Assembly (NCBI GenBank): GCA_041665485.1
Contig: JBAYIT010000001.1
Span: 8,651 to 72,650 of the forward strand
Reading direction: 5' to 3'
Length of the DNA stretch: 64,000 nucleotides
From: Candidatus Shapirobacteria bacterium
GTDB lineage: Bacteria > Patescibacteriota > Microgenomatia > UBA12405
The notes beneath the pieces were generated by a model. That model had not been told where the DNA came from and made no database searches. It was given only the letters and a program-made list of their open reading frames with translations. A program made the translations under genes and the position numbers. Shown in pieces: positions 28,323 to 38,491 of this stretch (position 1 is its first letter; the number at the start of each line of letters is the position of its first letter).

Positions 28323-30959
28323 TTATTGTGACATAAGAGTGGCTTGGGCGGCAGCAAGCCGGGCAATAGGCACCCGGTAGGGCGAACAAGAAACGTAGTC
28401 AAGACCGATCTGGTGACAGAATTTAATTGTTTCCGGGTCGCCACCTTGTTCACCGCAAATACCAATATGGATTTTAGGGCGGGAAGAACGAGCAAGCTTC
28501 ACTGTCATTTCCATTAGTTTGCCAACACCTTTTTGATCGACACTGCAGAAAGGGTCTTCGGACAATATTTTTTTGTCAAGGTAATCTTTGATAAATTTGG
28601 TGGCGTCATCCCGAGAAAAACCGTAGGTCATTTGGGTTAAGTCGTTAGTACCAAAGGAGAAAAAGTCGGCTTCGGTGGCCAGTTCATCGGCAATAAGAGC
28701 GGCTCGAGGAATTTCGATCATAGTGCCGATTTCATATTTCATTTTGACGCCAAAACGGCTGATGGTGGCTTCAATTATGGGAACTAAACGGTTTTTTAAC
28801 CATTTGAATTCGTTAAGTTCGCCAACTAAGGGAATCATGATTTCGGGAATTATTTGATAACCATCTTTAATGAGCTCACAGGCAGCTTCGGAAATGGCCC
28901 TAACTTGCATTTCAAAAATTTCTGGAAAGGTAACGCCAAGGCGACAGCCACGGTGGCCCATCATGGGGTTGAATTCATGAAGGTAGTCTATTTTTTCCTT
29001 AAGTTTTTCCACCGACACCCCAATTTCTTTAGCGATGTTTTCAATATCTGTTTCTTCTTTGGGTAAGAATTCATGAAGGGGCGGATCAAGAAGACGGATT
29101 TTAACCGGCAGGCCTTTCATAATTTTGAAAAGTTCCTTAAAGTCGTTCTTTTGGATGGGGAAAATTTTATTAAGAGCAACTAAGCGTTGATCGAGGTTGT
29201 CGGCCACAATCATTTGGCGAACGGCAAAAATGCGGTCGGCCTCAAAGAACATGTGTTCGGTACGGCAAAGCCCAATCCCTTCGGCACCAAAATTACGGGC
29301 AGTTTGGGCATCTTTGGGAGTATCAGCATTGGTGCGGACACCAAGACGACGGAAGTCGTCGGCCCATTTCATAATAGTGCCAAAATCGCCGGAAAGGGTG
29401 GGTGTAATGGTGGGAACCTGGCCTAAAAAGATTTCCCCAGTGGAACCATCAAGGGTAATGAAATCACCTTCAGAGATAACAAGGTCGCCGACCTTAAATT
29501 TCTTTTCCAGTTCGGAAACAATGATTGCCTCACAACCGGAAACACAGCTTTTACCCATACCTCTGGCAACAACGGCGGCGTGCGAAGTCATGCCGCCACG
29601 GGCGGTGAGAATGCCTTGAGCAGCATTCATGCCGGAAATATCTTCGGGGCTAGTTTCGGATCGGACAAGAATAACTTTTTTATCCATCTCCTTCCAATCA
29701 ACGGCAGTATTGGCGTCAAAAACAACCTGACCAACGGCAGCGCCGGGCGAGGCAGGTAGGCCCTTAGTCAATAATTTAAAGTTGGACTTTGATTTGGGGT
29801 CAAGGGTGGGATGAAGAATCTGGTCGATCTTATCGGCCTCAATTCTTAAGATGGCCTCTTTTTTGGTGATTAGTTTTTCCTCAACTTGATCAACGGCAAT
29901 TTTTACTGAAGCAAAGGCAGTTCTCTTACCATTTCGGGTTTGAAGAATAAAAAGCTGGCCGTTTTCGATAGTAAATTCAACGTCCTGCATATCACGATAA
30001 TGAGATTCAAGTTGATGAAAAATTTCTATAAGTTGGCTGTAAGCAATTTCATTGTCTTCCTTAAGTGAGCTAAGAGTTTTGGGGGTACGGATACCGGCAA
30101 CAACATCTTCGCCTTGAGCATTCATTAGATATTCACCGTAAGGTAGATTTTCTCCGGTTGAAGGGTTTCTAGTAAAAGCAACACCGGTGCCGGAATCGGC
30201 GCCAAGATTACCAAAAACCATCGACTGAATATTAACGGCTGTGCCAAACACTTTTGATTCATCGATGCGATTAAGTCGACGATAAGTAATGGCCCGGGCA
30301 TTTTGCCAGGAACCAATAACAGCGCCGACGGCTCCCCAAAGTTGAACTAATGGATCTTGAGGAAATTCGCGATTTTTTTCGATTTTAAATAGCTTATGAT
30401 AACCAGCAACAACCTGTTGCCAATCAGTGGCGGTCATGTCGGTGTCGGCTTTAATTCCCCGGGTGGCTTTGGTGGAATTAATAATATGTTCGAACTTTTC
30501 ATGATCAATTCCCTCAACAACATTACCGTACATTTGAATAAAGCGACGATAAGAATCGTAAGCAAAACGGGGATTGTCTGTTTTGCTGGCGACACCTTTA
30601 ACGACATCATCATTAAGACCCAGATTAAGGATGGTGTCCATCATACCCGGCATAGAGGCGGCGGCGCCGGAGCGGACAGAAACCAAAAGAGGATTTTTAG
30701 GGTCAGCAAAAGTTTTTTTAGTGATGGTTTCAAGTTGCTTAAGATATTTAGCAACCTCGGTCTCAAAATTTTTCGGATACGTTTGATTGTTTTGGTAGTA
30801 ATATTGGCAAACTTCAGTGGAAATAGTGAATCCGGCAGGAACAGGGAGGCCGATTTGACACATCTGAGCCAAGTTAGCACCTTTGCCACCGAGTATAAAT
30901 TTCATGTCAGCCTGACCTTCGGTGTTTTTCCCACCAAAGAAATAGAGATATTTTTTCAT
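28323..30959 (-). CDS. ppdK: Pyruvate, phosphate dikinase
   Basis: GGKGANL, SVRSGA, GGMTSHAAVVAR (phospho-His), GLCRTEHMFF and SFGTNDLTQ motifs. Confidence 0.98.
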   Translation of the reverse strand: MKKYLYFFGGKNTEGQADMKFILGGKGANLAQMCQIGLPVPAGFTISTEVCQYYYQNNQTYPKNFETEVAKYLKQLETITKKTFADPKNPLLVSVRSGAAASMPGMMDTILNLGLNDDVVKGVASKTDNPRFAYDSYRRFIQMYGNVVEGIDHEKFEHIINSTKATRGIKADTDMTATDWQQVVAGYHKLFKIEKNREFPQDPLVQLWGAVGAVIGSWQNARAITYRRLNRIDESKVFGTAVNIQSMVFGNLGADSGTGVAFTRNPSTGENLPYGEYLMNAQGEDVVAGIRTPKTLSSLKEDNEIAYSQLIEIFHQLESHYRDMQDVEFTIENGQLFILQTRNGKRTAFASVKIAVDQVEEKLITKKEAILRIEADKIDQILHPTLDPKSKSNFKLLTKGLPASPGAAVGQVVFDANTAVDWKEMDKKVILVRSETSPEDISGMNAAQGILTARGGMTSHAAVVARGMGKSCVSGCEAIIVSELEKKFKVGDLVISEGDFITLDGSTGEIFLGQVPTITPTLSGDFGTIMKWADDFRRLGVRTNADTPKDAQTARNFGAEGIGLCRTEHMFFEADRIFAVRQMIVADNLDQRLVALNKIFPIQKNDFKELFKIMKGLPVKIRLLDPPLHEFLPKEETDIENIAKEIGVSVEKLKEKIDYLHEFNPMMGHRGCRLGVTFPEIFEMQVRAISEAACELIKDGYQIIPEIMIPLVGELNEFKWLKNRLVPIIEATISRFGVKMKYEIGTMIEIPRAALIADELATEADFFSFGTNDLTQMTYGFSRDDATKFIKDYLDKKILSEDPFCSVDQKGVGKLMEMTVKLARSSRPKIHIGICGEQGGDPETIKFCHQIGLDYVSCSPYRVPIARLAAAQATLMSQ

Positions 30960-30973
30960 ACGGGTACTTTACC

Positions 30974-31005
30974 AAAAAATCCCCCGGTGTTCACCAGGGG
31001 ATTTT
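30974..31005 (-). terminator. Intrinsic terminator of groEL
   Basis: Minus strand AAAATCCCCTGGT-GAAC-ACCGGGGGATTTTTT hairpin with U-run. Confidence 0.8.
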
Positions 31006-31020
31006 CGTAGACAACAAAAT

Positions 31021-32760
<1,740 letters not shown>

Positions 32761-33048
32761 TTATTTTATTATGGCCATGATGTCCTCGAATTTGAGGATT
32801 AAAAGATCTTCAGTGCCTTCTTTGTATTCTTTACCGCCCCATTCACGATAAATAACAACATCGTTTTTTTCGCAAGGGGCTTTAACCTCATGGTTGTCTT
32901 GAAAGGTGGAGACGCCAACACTCAAAACAGTGCCTTGTTGGGGTTTATCTTCGTGAGAGTCGGGCAAAACTATGCCGGAGGCAGTGGTCTTATCGCGCTT
33001 TTGAGGTTTAACTAAAACGTAACCAGCAACGGGGTGAATTTGGGACAT
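32761..33048 (-). CDS. groES: Co-chaperonin GroES
   Basis: KTTASGIVLPD mobile loop, KPQQGTVLSVG; upstream of groEL. Confidence 0.97.
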   Translation of the reverse strand: MSQIHPVAGYVLVKPQKRDKTTASGIVLPDSHEDKPQQGTVLSVGVSTFQDNHEVKAPCEKNDVVIYREWGGKEYKEGTEDLLILKFEDIMAIIK

Positions 33049-33075
33049 AAAATGTAAAAAAATAATTAATAATGA

Positions 33076-33143
33076 TTATCAGTCTAACGAGTAGACTGCT
33101 AATATTGTAAACACTTTTAGCAGACTGTCAAGAGGGGTGACAA
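33076..33143 (-). promoter_or_regulatory. groESL promoter with CIRCE-like operator(s)
   Basis: TTATCAGTC-N9-GACTGCTAA at 33076-33102; weaker TTAGCAGAC-N9-GGGTGACAA at 33117-33143; TTGACA (33131-33126), 16 bp, TACAAT (33109-33104). Confidence 0.8.
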
Positions 33144-33144
33144 T

Positions 33145-33801
33145 TTATGGTTTAACAAGTAATCGAGAAAAAGAATCAAGTGAACCATTAAAAACATTTA
33201 AGTCAACATAACCTTTGATTCCTGATACTCGTCCCCTATTTTTATATTGCCAAAAGGTCCAATTAAGACTCTTGGGGTAAAAAAAGATATCGCGAATCCA
33301 AAGCTGGTAGTCGTTGTATTTTGAACCCAAATAATGTTTATAAAATTCGTAAGTAGTGTAAATTAACGGTTTTTGATTATAGTGTTTAGCAATAGTAGAC
33401 AAAAATATGTTTAACTCATTTTGAAATTCGTCAATTGTTGGTCGGACCTGACTATTGCCTCCAAATTCCAAATCAACAACCGGAGGGAGTGACAGTTCTT
33501 TTGGTACTGTTTGAATAAAGTTTTTGGCTTGGGAAATAGCGGTAAAACGGAGGGAATAGAAATGATAGGCGCCGACAATAAGTCCATTATCTTTGGCTTG
33601 TTGCCAATTGACAGTAAATGATTTGTCAACAAAGTCATCACCTTCGGTCGCTTTGATGTAGGCAAATTTATAATTTTGTTGACTAACCTTGAACCAGTTG
33701 ATATCACCTTGATGGTGGGAAACATCAATGCCCCTGACCGGGTACTGCGTGATGGAAGGGGTATTGGGCCAAAATATACCAAAGTAAAACAAGACCCCCA
33801 A
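33145..33801 (-). CDS. GH25 family lysozyme (true start probably further upstream, near 33849)
   Basis: GIDVSHHQG, IKATEG, GAYHF, DLE, WQY and VDLNVF motifs. Confidence 0.92.
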   Translation of the reverse strand: MGVLFYFGIFWPNTPSITQYPVRGIDVSHHQGDINWFKVSQQNYKFAYIKATEGDDFVDKSFTVNWQQAKDNGLIVGAYHFYSLRFTAISQAKNFIQTVPKELSLPPVVDLEFGGNSQVRPTIDEFQNELNIFLSTIAKHYNQKPLIYTTYEFYKHYLGSKYNDYQLWIRDIFFYPKSLNWTFWQYKNRGRVSGIKGYVDLNVFNGSLDSFSRLLVKP

Positions 33802-33899
33802 AGTAAGCGTAAAAATAATGGATGTTGCGAGAATGAGATGTGATCTAATAGGTGAATTGTAAATGATGAAAGCGTAAGTTCAAAACGGAACGACGGGGA

Positions 33900-34298
33900 T
33901 CATTGTAGGACAGTAAAGCCGAAGCGGGAAAAGTGGGAATCGAAAGTGAGAACGTTGGTTAAACAATATTCGGACATACAGGCGAAGTGAATATGATCAA
34001 AAATGTTGGGGCCAGATTTAGTGTGGCGGGAAATAATATTTTTAAAGGCACTTTCCCAAATTTTTTGGTTTAAAGAAATGGTGTTAAAGGCAGGACGGCT
34101 AAACCAAGAATTAAGATATTTGGCAAGTTTTAGCTCACCTTTTCTGATAGCAACGTTGACTGATTCGTATTTAACCAAGTCGTTAATGTAATAAGATGAA
34201 CCTTGGTATTTTCTTAGTAATTTTTGGGCTAAAAGATGGTTAGTGTCTTCTTTGTAAGAAAGAGCAACTATAAATGAACTGTCAAGAAATACATTCAT
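33900..34298 (-). CDS. PIN-domain (VapC-like) toxin
   Basis: VFLDSSFIVAL, E, FDHIHFA and LTFDSHF PIN acidic residues. Confidence 0.88.
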   Translation of the reverse strand: MNVFLDSSFIVALSYKEDTNHLLAQKLLRKYQGSSYYINDLVKYESVNVAIRKGELKLAKYLNSWFSRPAFNTISLNQKIWESAFKNIISRHTKSGPNIFDHIHFACMSEYCLTNVLTFDSHFSRFGFTVLQ

Positions 34299-34558
34299 CT
34301 AAGGTTTTCTGGTAAATACTTATCGATATTTTCAGAAATATTAATAGATCTTTTGGAAACGGGGCGACGAACGGCCATTCTGGCCAATAGAATAAGCGGA
34401 TCGGTGTTTTTTATTTTGGCACCAGAATCAAGACGGGGTTTTGCGTTTAATAATTGACGAATATAGGCGGAAACGGTGATTTTGTTCAATTTGGCGCCCG
34501 TGCGAAGAGAAGCGGCTAGATTTTGGTCGAGATAGATTTGGGTTCTGGTCATGGGCAT
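34295..34558 (-). CDS. Ribbon-helix-helix antitoxin (VapB-like)
   Basis: MTRTQIYL...VSAYIRQLL; ATGA overlap with the PIN gene. Confidence 0.82.
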   Translation of the reverse strand: MPMTRTQIYLDQNLAASLRTGAKLNKITVSAYIRQLLNAKPRLDSGAKIKNTDPLILLARMAVRRPVSKRSINISENIDKYLPENLR

Positions 34559-34576
34559 GATGTATATATACATCAT
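34557..34576. promoter_or_regulatory. Probable TA operator (perfect 20-bp palindrome)
   Basis: ATGATGTATA|TATACATCAT overlapping the antitoxin start; TTGACA at 34593-34588 on the minus strand. Confidence 0.7.
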
Positions 34577-34623
34577 CTAGAGTTTGATGTCAAGAGGAGT
34601 GATTGATGATATAATACCGATAG

Positions 34624-35100
34624 ATGGAAAATATCTCAATGTGGACTGAATTTGGGAGAACGTGTGGGAAACTTTTTTCTGACAATGGTCCATGTTGCGA
34701 GAGATGGACAAAGGAAGGTGGAGTGGAAGTATGTTTAGTGGGATTAGGGACCGGAGACGTAGAAGGGGGATTACCTGGCCGATGGGTTGTTGCGATTATA
34801 GAGACCAACGAAGTTGATTTGGTGGGGCCAGTAAAATTTAGAGTAGCTATGTTAGCCCAAATGGTTGAGGGCAGAGGAAGTGGGTCTGTTTGCGGTTTTT
34901 TAATAGAAGCCAGACAGTTCCACCAACAAGTCTTAGAATTAGAATTTGAGGATAGAGGCGGGCTTTGGGTTGGAAAGGCCGCCCGGTTTGTGGGTGTGGC
35001 GAAACCCGAAAAGCCAATTGATACAGATTTGCAGGAGATACTTTTGGCTTATAAAGATGCTAAACGCGGAAAACTCGTTTCTGAAAAGAGTTTGGTGTAA
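34624..35100 (+). CDS. Hypothetical protein
   Basis: 158-aa ORF preceded by TATAAT; no recognised motif. Confidence 0.5.
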   Translation: MENISMWTEFGRTCGKLFSDNGPCCERWTKEGGVEVCLVGLGTGDVEGGLPGRWVVAIIETNEVDLVGPVKFRVAMLAQMVEGRGSGSVCGFLIEARQFHQQVLELEFEDRGGLWVGKAARFVGVAKPEKPIDTDLQEILLAYKDAKRGKLVSEKSLV

Positions 35101-35186
35101 ATTAAGAACAGAATGAAGATAGAGGAGGTTTTGGCTAATATCTTCCAATATCTTCTAAAATATTCTAAAAATCGGTAAACTAAGGC

Positions 35187-35525
35187 ATGTCAACTTTGAT
35201 TATTAAATATAAATCCGATACGGCGGGGAGTTTTATAGAGAAGAATGGAGAAGAGTTAAGGGTAAAATTGGTAAAAATTACAAGTGAAGTTTTAAATAAA
35301 AGGCCGGAGGAAATTATTGTGGATATGGAAACGTGGCATAACAACATAAATGTCCCAGATCTTTTAGTTCGGGCAGAAACTTCGATTAGCAGGAGGAGTC
35401 TTTTGAAAGAATGGGCAGAAAAACTACATAGCGAAATTAAAATGATGACGGAAGAACACAAACCGGAGTGTGGTTGGAAAATAGCAGTTAAAAGCTATGT
35501 AATAGATTCAGAGTGGGTGGAGTAA
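35187..35525 (+). CDS. Hypothetical protein, possible tautomerase-like fold
   Basis: LVKITSEVLNKRPEEIIVDM resembles tautomerase beta-alpha-beta units; no N-terminal Pro. Confidence 0.5.
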   Translation: MSTLIIKYKSDTAGSFIEKNGEELRVKLVKITSEVLNKRPEEIIVDMETWHNNINVPDLLVRAETSISRRSLLKEWAEKLHSEIKMMTEEHKPECGWKIAVKSYVIDSEWVE

Positions 35526-35586
35526 ACAGTAGGTTGCCGAAGAGGTCTTCACTAGATTTGATATTTTGGCTTGGTAAACTAGGGTC

Positions 35587-36291
35587 ATGATAGAACACGA
35601 ACTGCAACGAACAATTCTTAACAAAATAAAGTTTATGGTTGGTGGGGCACGTTACGGCGAACTTAAGTTACTGGATATTGAAAACGATTTGTTCAACTAT
35701 CACCTCCAACAATTGGTTAAAAATGAATATTTGGAAAAGAAAGATGGTAAATATTGGCTAACACTTAAGGGCAAATCATTGGTAACCAATATTGATGATG
35801 TAACGAAAACTGTTTTTGGGGGTTACAAAGTTAGTGTTTATATGTGCCCGGTAATTGATGGTAAAGTTTTACTCTATCGGAGACTAAAGCATCCACAATA
35901 TGGATATGTGGGGTTAACTTCAGGCAAAATCGCCTTTGGAGAGCGGATTTTGGAAACGGCAAGCCGAGAATTATTAGAAGAAACCGGACTGGTGGCGGAT
36001 TTTGAAATTATTGGGAACCTACGACAGATTAGAAAAGATGGTGAAGGTAAAGTGATAGAAGATGGCTTATTTTATGTTTGTTTTACCGATAAAGTTGAAG
36101 GCAAATTAACAGAAAAAGGGCTAGAAGGTGAATATTTTTGGACAGAACTTGATAAAGTGTCGGCGATAGAAAAGATTTTTAAACCAAGTGTGGAAATAAT
36201 AATTAAGGAAGTGAAACTAAGACTAACGGTAGAAGTGGATTGGCAAACAAAGTTTATTTACGAGCTTGAGCCGGCGCCGGAAGCATATTAA
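35587..36291 (+). CDS. Winged-helix + NUDIX hydrolase
   Basis: FNYHLQQL...YWLTLKG wHTH; GKIAFGE...ASRELLEETGL Nudix box. Confidence 0.88.
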   Translation: MIEHELQRTILNKIKFMVGGARYGELKLLDIENDLFNYHLQQLVKNEYLEKKDGKYWLTLKGKSLVTNIDDVTKTVFGGYKVSVYMCPVIDGKVLLYRRLKHPQYGYVGLTSGKIAFGERILETASRELLEETGLVADFEIIGNLRQIRKDGEGKVIEDGLFYVCFTDKVEGKLTEKGLEGEYFWTELDKVSAIEKIFKPSVEIIIKEVKLRLTVEVDWQTKFIYELEPAPEAY

Positions 36292-36764
36292 TAAGCTGCA
36301 GGTGGAATTTTTTTGGGGCCGAGATAATTAAGGTTTAATTTGCAGACTTCGGCGTATATTTGGCCAATTTGTTCGGTGACATATTGAGTGTCAATGTCTT
36401 TTAATTTTAGTTCAGAGAGAACATAAGCTAAGGATTGGTCGTAATTATTTTTAAACTTTTGGTTGACTTCTTTCCATTTAATATTGGCCAAAGGAGGCAG
36501 AAGATTAGGGCTATATTGTATTTGGCCTTTCAACATAAGAAAAGCGATCATCGGATAACTGATAGTGCCAGTGTAGTAGGCACTATTGTCGTTTGACATA
36601 ATACTATTAGTATTTGGATCGAAACTAATGTCGTAGTATTTATTGCCAGAGGTTGAATGGCAGATGGCATTATTACCATTAACTTCAATACGTTTGTCGG
36701 CAATAGCACTTAACGCTTCGTAAACTTTAGAAATATGAGGTTTAGTCCAAGTCTGATTTACCAT
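36288..36764 (-). CDS. Hypothetical protein
   Basis: Non-overlapping 158-aa ORF; TAAAAT 8 nt upstream of the ATG. Confidence 0.7.
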   Translation of the reverse strand: MVNQTWTKPHISKVYEALSAIADKRIEVNGNNAICHSTSGNKYYDISFDPNTNSIMSNDNSAYYTGTISYPMIAFLMLKGQIQYSPNLLPPLANIKWKEVNQKFKNNYDQSLAYVLSELKLKDIDTQYVTEQIGQIYAEVCKLNLNYLGPKKIPPAAY

Positions 36765-36790
36765 ATAGAGTTATTTTATAATAAGTTACT

Positions 36791-38065
36791 ATGTCGAACA
36801 TCAAATCAATTTCAGCAAGGGAAATATTAAGTAGTGGTGGGGCGCCGACGGTTGAGGCAAAAGTAATTTTGGATTCGGGGGTGGAGGGAAAGGCGAGTGT
36901 GGCCTTTGGGGCGTCGGCGGGAAGCAGAGAGGCGGTGACTTTGGTGGATGGCGATGAAAAAAGATTTGGAGGAAAAGGAATGCTTTTGGCTGTTAAAAAT
37001 ATCGAAGAAAAAATTGGGCCAGCGCTGGCCGGAATGGAAGTGACGGAACAAGTGGCAATGGATAAAAAAATGCTGGAGTTGGATGGGACGGAACAAAAAT
37101 CAAATTTGGGGGGTAATGCGATTTTGGCGGTGTCGTTGGCGGTAGCCCGAGCGGGAGCTAAAGAGAATAATAATGAGCTGTATGAATACATAGGAAAAAT
37201 TTTTGAGATTAAAAGGGCAGTCAAACTGCCCAAGCCAATGGTGGTGATGATTGAAGGGGGAAAGCATGCTGACAAAACCACCGATTTACAGGAATATCTA
37301 GTCAGTGCTCTGGATGGTAGAACGGTGGCCGAAATGGTGCGGATGGAGATGGAGATTTATGGGGAGTTAAAAAAGATTTTGAAGGCAGAAGGACTGTCGG
37401 TAAATGTGGGGAACGAGGGGGCGTTTGCGCCGAGTGGAATAGACGGCAACGAAAAACCAATGGAATATTTGGTGAGAGCGATTGAGGCGGCGGGGTACCG
37501 GCCGGGAATTGATTGTGGAATAAGTTTGGATGCAGCGGCGAGTGAATTCGCCGAAGCGAATTCAGAGTTATCAGTTACGAATTACGAGTTACGAGTTGAG
37601 AATAAAAAATTAACCAGTGATGAGCTGATTGAGTATTATGGGCAGTGGATAGGAAAATATCCATTTGTAAGTTGGGAGGATATGTTGGATGAAAATGATT
37701 GGGAGGGGTGGGTGAAATTGACAGAAAAAATTGGAGGTAAATTTCCTAATATTGCCGATGATTTAACGGTGACGAATACTAAATTGTGGCAAAAGGCGCT
37801 GGAGATGAAGGCGGCCAGCGCGATCTTGGTTAAATTAAATCAGGCGGGGACGTTAACGGAAACAGTTGAATGTTGCAAATTAGCCAGAGAAAAAGGTTTG
37901 TGGACTGTCCCCTCTCACCGGGGAGGCGGGGAAACTAATGATACTTTTATGGTGGATTTGGCGGTGGCAGTGGGGGCGGAATATATTAAGTGCGGACCGA
38001 CGAGAGGAGAGAGAGTGGAGAAATATAATAGATTGATGGAAATAGAAGACAAATCTTCAATCTAG
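36791..38065 (+). CDS. eno: Enolase (divergent)
   Basis: AREIL, LGGNAILAVS, GNEGAFAP, LDAAASEF, DDLTVTN, LVKLNQAG, SHR and ERVEKYN motifs. Confidence 0.95.
   Translation: MSNIKSISAREILSSGGAPTVEAKVILDSGVEGKASVAFGASAGSREAVTLVDGDEKRFGGKGMLLAVKNIEEKIGPALAGMEVTEQVAMDKKMLELDGTEQKSNLGGNAILAVSLAVARAGAKENNNELYEYIGKIFEIKRAVKLPKPMVVMIEGGKHADKTTDLQEYLVSALDGRTVAEMVRMEMEIYGELKKILKAEGLSVNVGNEGAFAPSGIDGNEKPMEYLVRAIEAAGYRPGIDCGISLDAAASEFAEANSELSVTNYELRVENKKLTSDELIEYYGQWIGKYPFVSWEDMLDENDWEGWVKLTEKIGGKFPNIADDLTVTNTKLWQKALEMKAASAILVKLNQAGTLTETVECCKLAREKGLWTVPSHRGGGETNDTFMVDLAVAVGAEYIKCGPTRGERVEKYNRLMEIEDKSSI
37544..37600 (+). repeat. Hairpin plus six in-frame heptamers inside enolase
   Basis: GAATTCGC-CGAA-GCGAATTC, then AATTCAG AGTTATC AGTTACG AATTACG AGTTACG AGTTGAG (42 bp, first unit overlaps the hairpin). 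Confidence 0.8.
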
Positions 38066-38079
38066 AATCTTCAAACTTC
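38052..38079 (+). repeat. Left heptamer array flanking the four-helix-bundle gene
   Basis: AATCTTC AATCTAG AATCTTC AAACTTC; contains the eno stop codon. Confidence 0.85.
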
Positions 38080-38096
38080 AATTAAATTGAAACAAG

Positions 38097-38462
38097 ATGG
38101 AAGGAAATATTTTGAGGGATAAAAGTTATGCTTTTGCCTTGAAAGTAATCGGTGTATATCGATATTTGTCCTCAAATAAAAATGAGTTTGTCTTATCAAA
38201 GCAACTTTTACGGAGTGGAACGTCGATAGGAGCAAATATCGAAGAATCAATTGGAGGTTATAGTGAAAAGGATTTTAGTGCCAAGTTGAGCATTGCTTAC
38301 AAAGAAGCGAGAGAAACGCATTATTGGATTAGATTGCTAAAAGATACTAATTTATTGACGGAAAATCAGACAACCGAACTATTGGATAATTGTGATGAAT
38401 TAATAAGAATTACTGGTAAAATATTGTCGACAATGAGGAAAAAACAAAAATATCAGAAATGA
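38097..38462 (+). CDS. Four helix bundle protein (23S rRNA intervening-sequence protein/TIGR02436-like)
   Basis: KQLLRSGTSIGANIEE...DFSAKLSIAYKEARETHYWIRLL signature. Confidence 0.93.
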   Translation: MEGNILRDKSYAFALKVIGVYRYLSSNKNEFVLSKQLLRSGTSIGANIEESIGGYSEKDFSAKLSIAYKEARETHYWIRLLKDTNLLTENQTTELLDNCDELIRITGKILSTMRKKQKYQK

Positions 38463-38463
38463 T

Positions 38464-38491
38464 GAAGATTGTAGTTTGAAGATTGAAGTTT
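38464..38491 (-). repeat. Right heptamer array, inverted relative to the left
   Basis: GAAGATT GTAGTTT GAAGATT GAAGTTT = reverse complement of AAACTTC AATCTTC AAACTAC AATCTTC. Confidence 0.85.

Noticed and set aside
38097-38462. Diversity-generating retroelement suggested by the Avd-like protein
   Set aside because: No reverse transcriptase and no template/variable repeat pair with adenine-specific mismatches seen in the window.
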